DNA from: Camelus dromedarius
Taxonomy: Eukaryota
Direction: 5' to 3'
DNA length: 64,000 nt
Assembly (NCBI RefSeq): GCF_036321535.1
Contig: NC_087436.1
Span: 54,314,001 to 54,378,000 of the forward strand
Below the pieces are notes generated by a model. That model saw nothing but the letters and a program-made list of their open reading frames with translations, did not search any database and was not told where the DNA came from. The translations under genes were made by a program, and so were the position numbers. Position 1 is the stretch's first letter, and every line of letters starts with the position of its first letter. Shown in pieces: positions 62,531-64,000 of the stretch.

Positions 62531-64000
62531 GGGGTTTCCTTTACGTTTTACTTTCATTGCAGTGTTTCTAATTTTCTCTTCTCATCACTTGACTCCTTCT
62601 TAACCTTTGTTGAGTTTCAATAACTTCTTTTTCCTCTAAAATGCCAAATTTGTAGAAAAAGACCAATCAGACTAACAAAAGATGTGGATGTGTTATAAGT
62701 ATAACATGAAAAAACTGATTAACACATTATTCAAATGCTCATTTAATGTAAAGTGATCTCCTAACTTTGAAGACAAAGCAGATATCTGATTTTAGGGAAA
62801 ATTGCTTTCACAATACCAATTTTCTAAGTGTTAAAGATGAATAATAAACTACATGGAAATGTAAATTATATAAGATATATTTCCTTGCTATCTTTTGTAA
62901 TTAAGTGTAGCAAATATTGTAAAATTTAAACTCCAATAGCAACAATAGTTTATTGTTAAAACTGGCTGCCACGTCTAGTTGTCAGAGATACTCAGTGTCT
63001 TCTAAAATTTTTTCCCGTTTCCAAATGAAATGGGAATCATTGAGGATAAATGACAGGACCTTAAGAAAATTTAAACTAGAAGAAAGGAAAATAAAATCAA
63101 ACTCCCTGGTTCATTTACTGCACTCCTTTGTGGGTTTGTTACAGGTATAAAATGGAAAAACTGATTAAAAGAATGCATTGTACTTGCTATTTAGTCAGTA
63201 TTTTAATAGAGGGAAAAGAGAAGCATAATTAGTAATGGAATAAACACTATAAAGCCTCTTCTTGAATTATCAACAGCTGAGTTTCATTTGCTTTTTAAGC
63301 CATAAAATCACTGAGCTTCTAAATTTGAGGCCAAAAGAAAATTTTCTTATGAGTATCCAAAAATGTGTTACAGTTACTTATGCTGAATATTTTAAGATTA
63401 CAGATATGATAGTGAGATATTTCTCACACCTTAAAAATACTTACATTTATTTTGAATTATTGAAATGTAATGAATATTTACTTGTTAAGTGAACTACCTA
63501 CTTGAAACAAATTGTATGTGATAAAATTGAACATGTGTTATGATAGCTAAATTAAATATAAATAATAATTAGAAGAGATAGAAGAAACAGATGTTAGCAG
63601 CCAGTTAAACATGTTAATTATTTAAGATGGCATTGAATTTATCTGTTTGACAAAAAAACAAGTACTAAAAGAAAACTTAATTGCTAATTATTTTTCCTAT
63701 AAAAGCAAGAATTAACATTCTTCTGAAGATGTAATTCATTAATTTTTAATTAAAAGTTGGTTTATTTTGATTTTAAAATTCTTTAACAAATTCTATATTG
63801 GATGGAAAAATTAAAATCATTAAATATCCTTTTAGTTTTGTTAATGCCTATAAATACACTGTAGACTCATAAATGAAGTAGTAGAAATCATATTCTACAT
63901 ACAATGAATGTTCATTTTATTAATCTCTGTGTACTCATTAGTAAGAGTGTTTTATTTTTAAATATTTAGGAACAAAAGCAATTTTGTATTTGTAATTTCC

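Overview
AT-rich mammalian genomic DNA, most likely from a camelid: two tRNA-derived SINEs resemble the camelid Vic-1 family. The window lies inside a long-intron gene on the + strand. It contains one recognisable coding exon (29510-29669, 160 nt) of STPG2, the sperm-tail PG-rich repeat protein 2. The rest is intron filled with L1, L2, MIR, MaLR/ERV LTRs, two dead Tigger1 DNA transposons, SINEs and microsatellites. Nearly all ORF-track entries are repeat-derived or chance ORFs. I find no new multi-gene system. The most interesting signals are: (1) a perfect RFX X-box palindrome with neighbouring partial boxes at 1.6-1.74 kb, inside a flagellar gene; (2) a 38-bp locally templated insert at the internal deletion junction of a Tigger1; (3) an ancient L1M 3' fragment flanked by a perfect 21-bp TSD, suggesting a recent retrocopy of a transcript end; (4) a young antisense ERV solo LTR; (5) two Tigger1 copies each cut off by a younger L1 without TSDs. 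Repeat family names come from my recall of consensus sequences, not from a search, and boundaries of old repeats are approximate.
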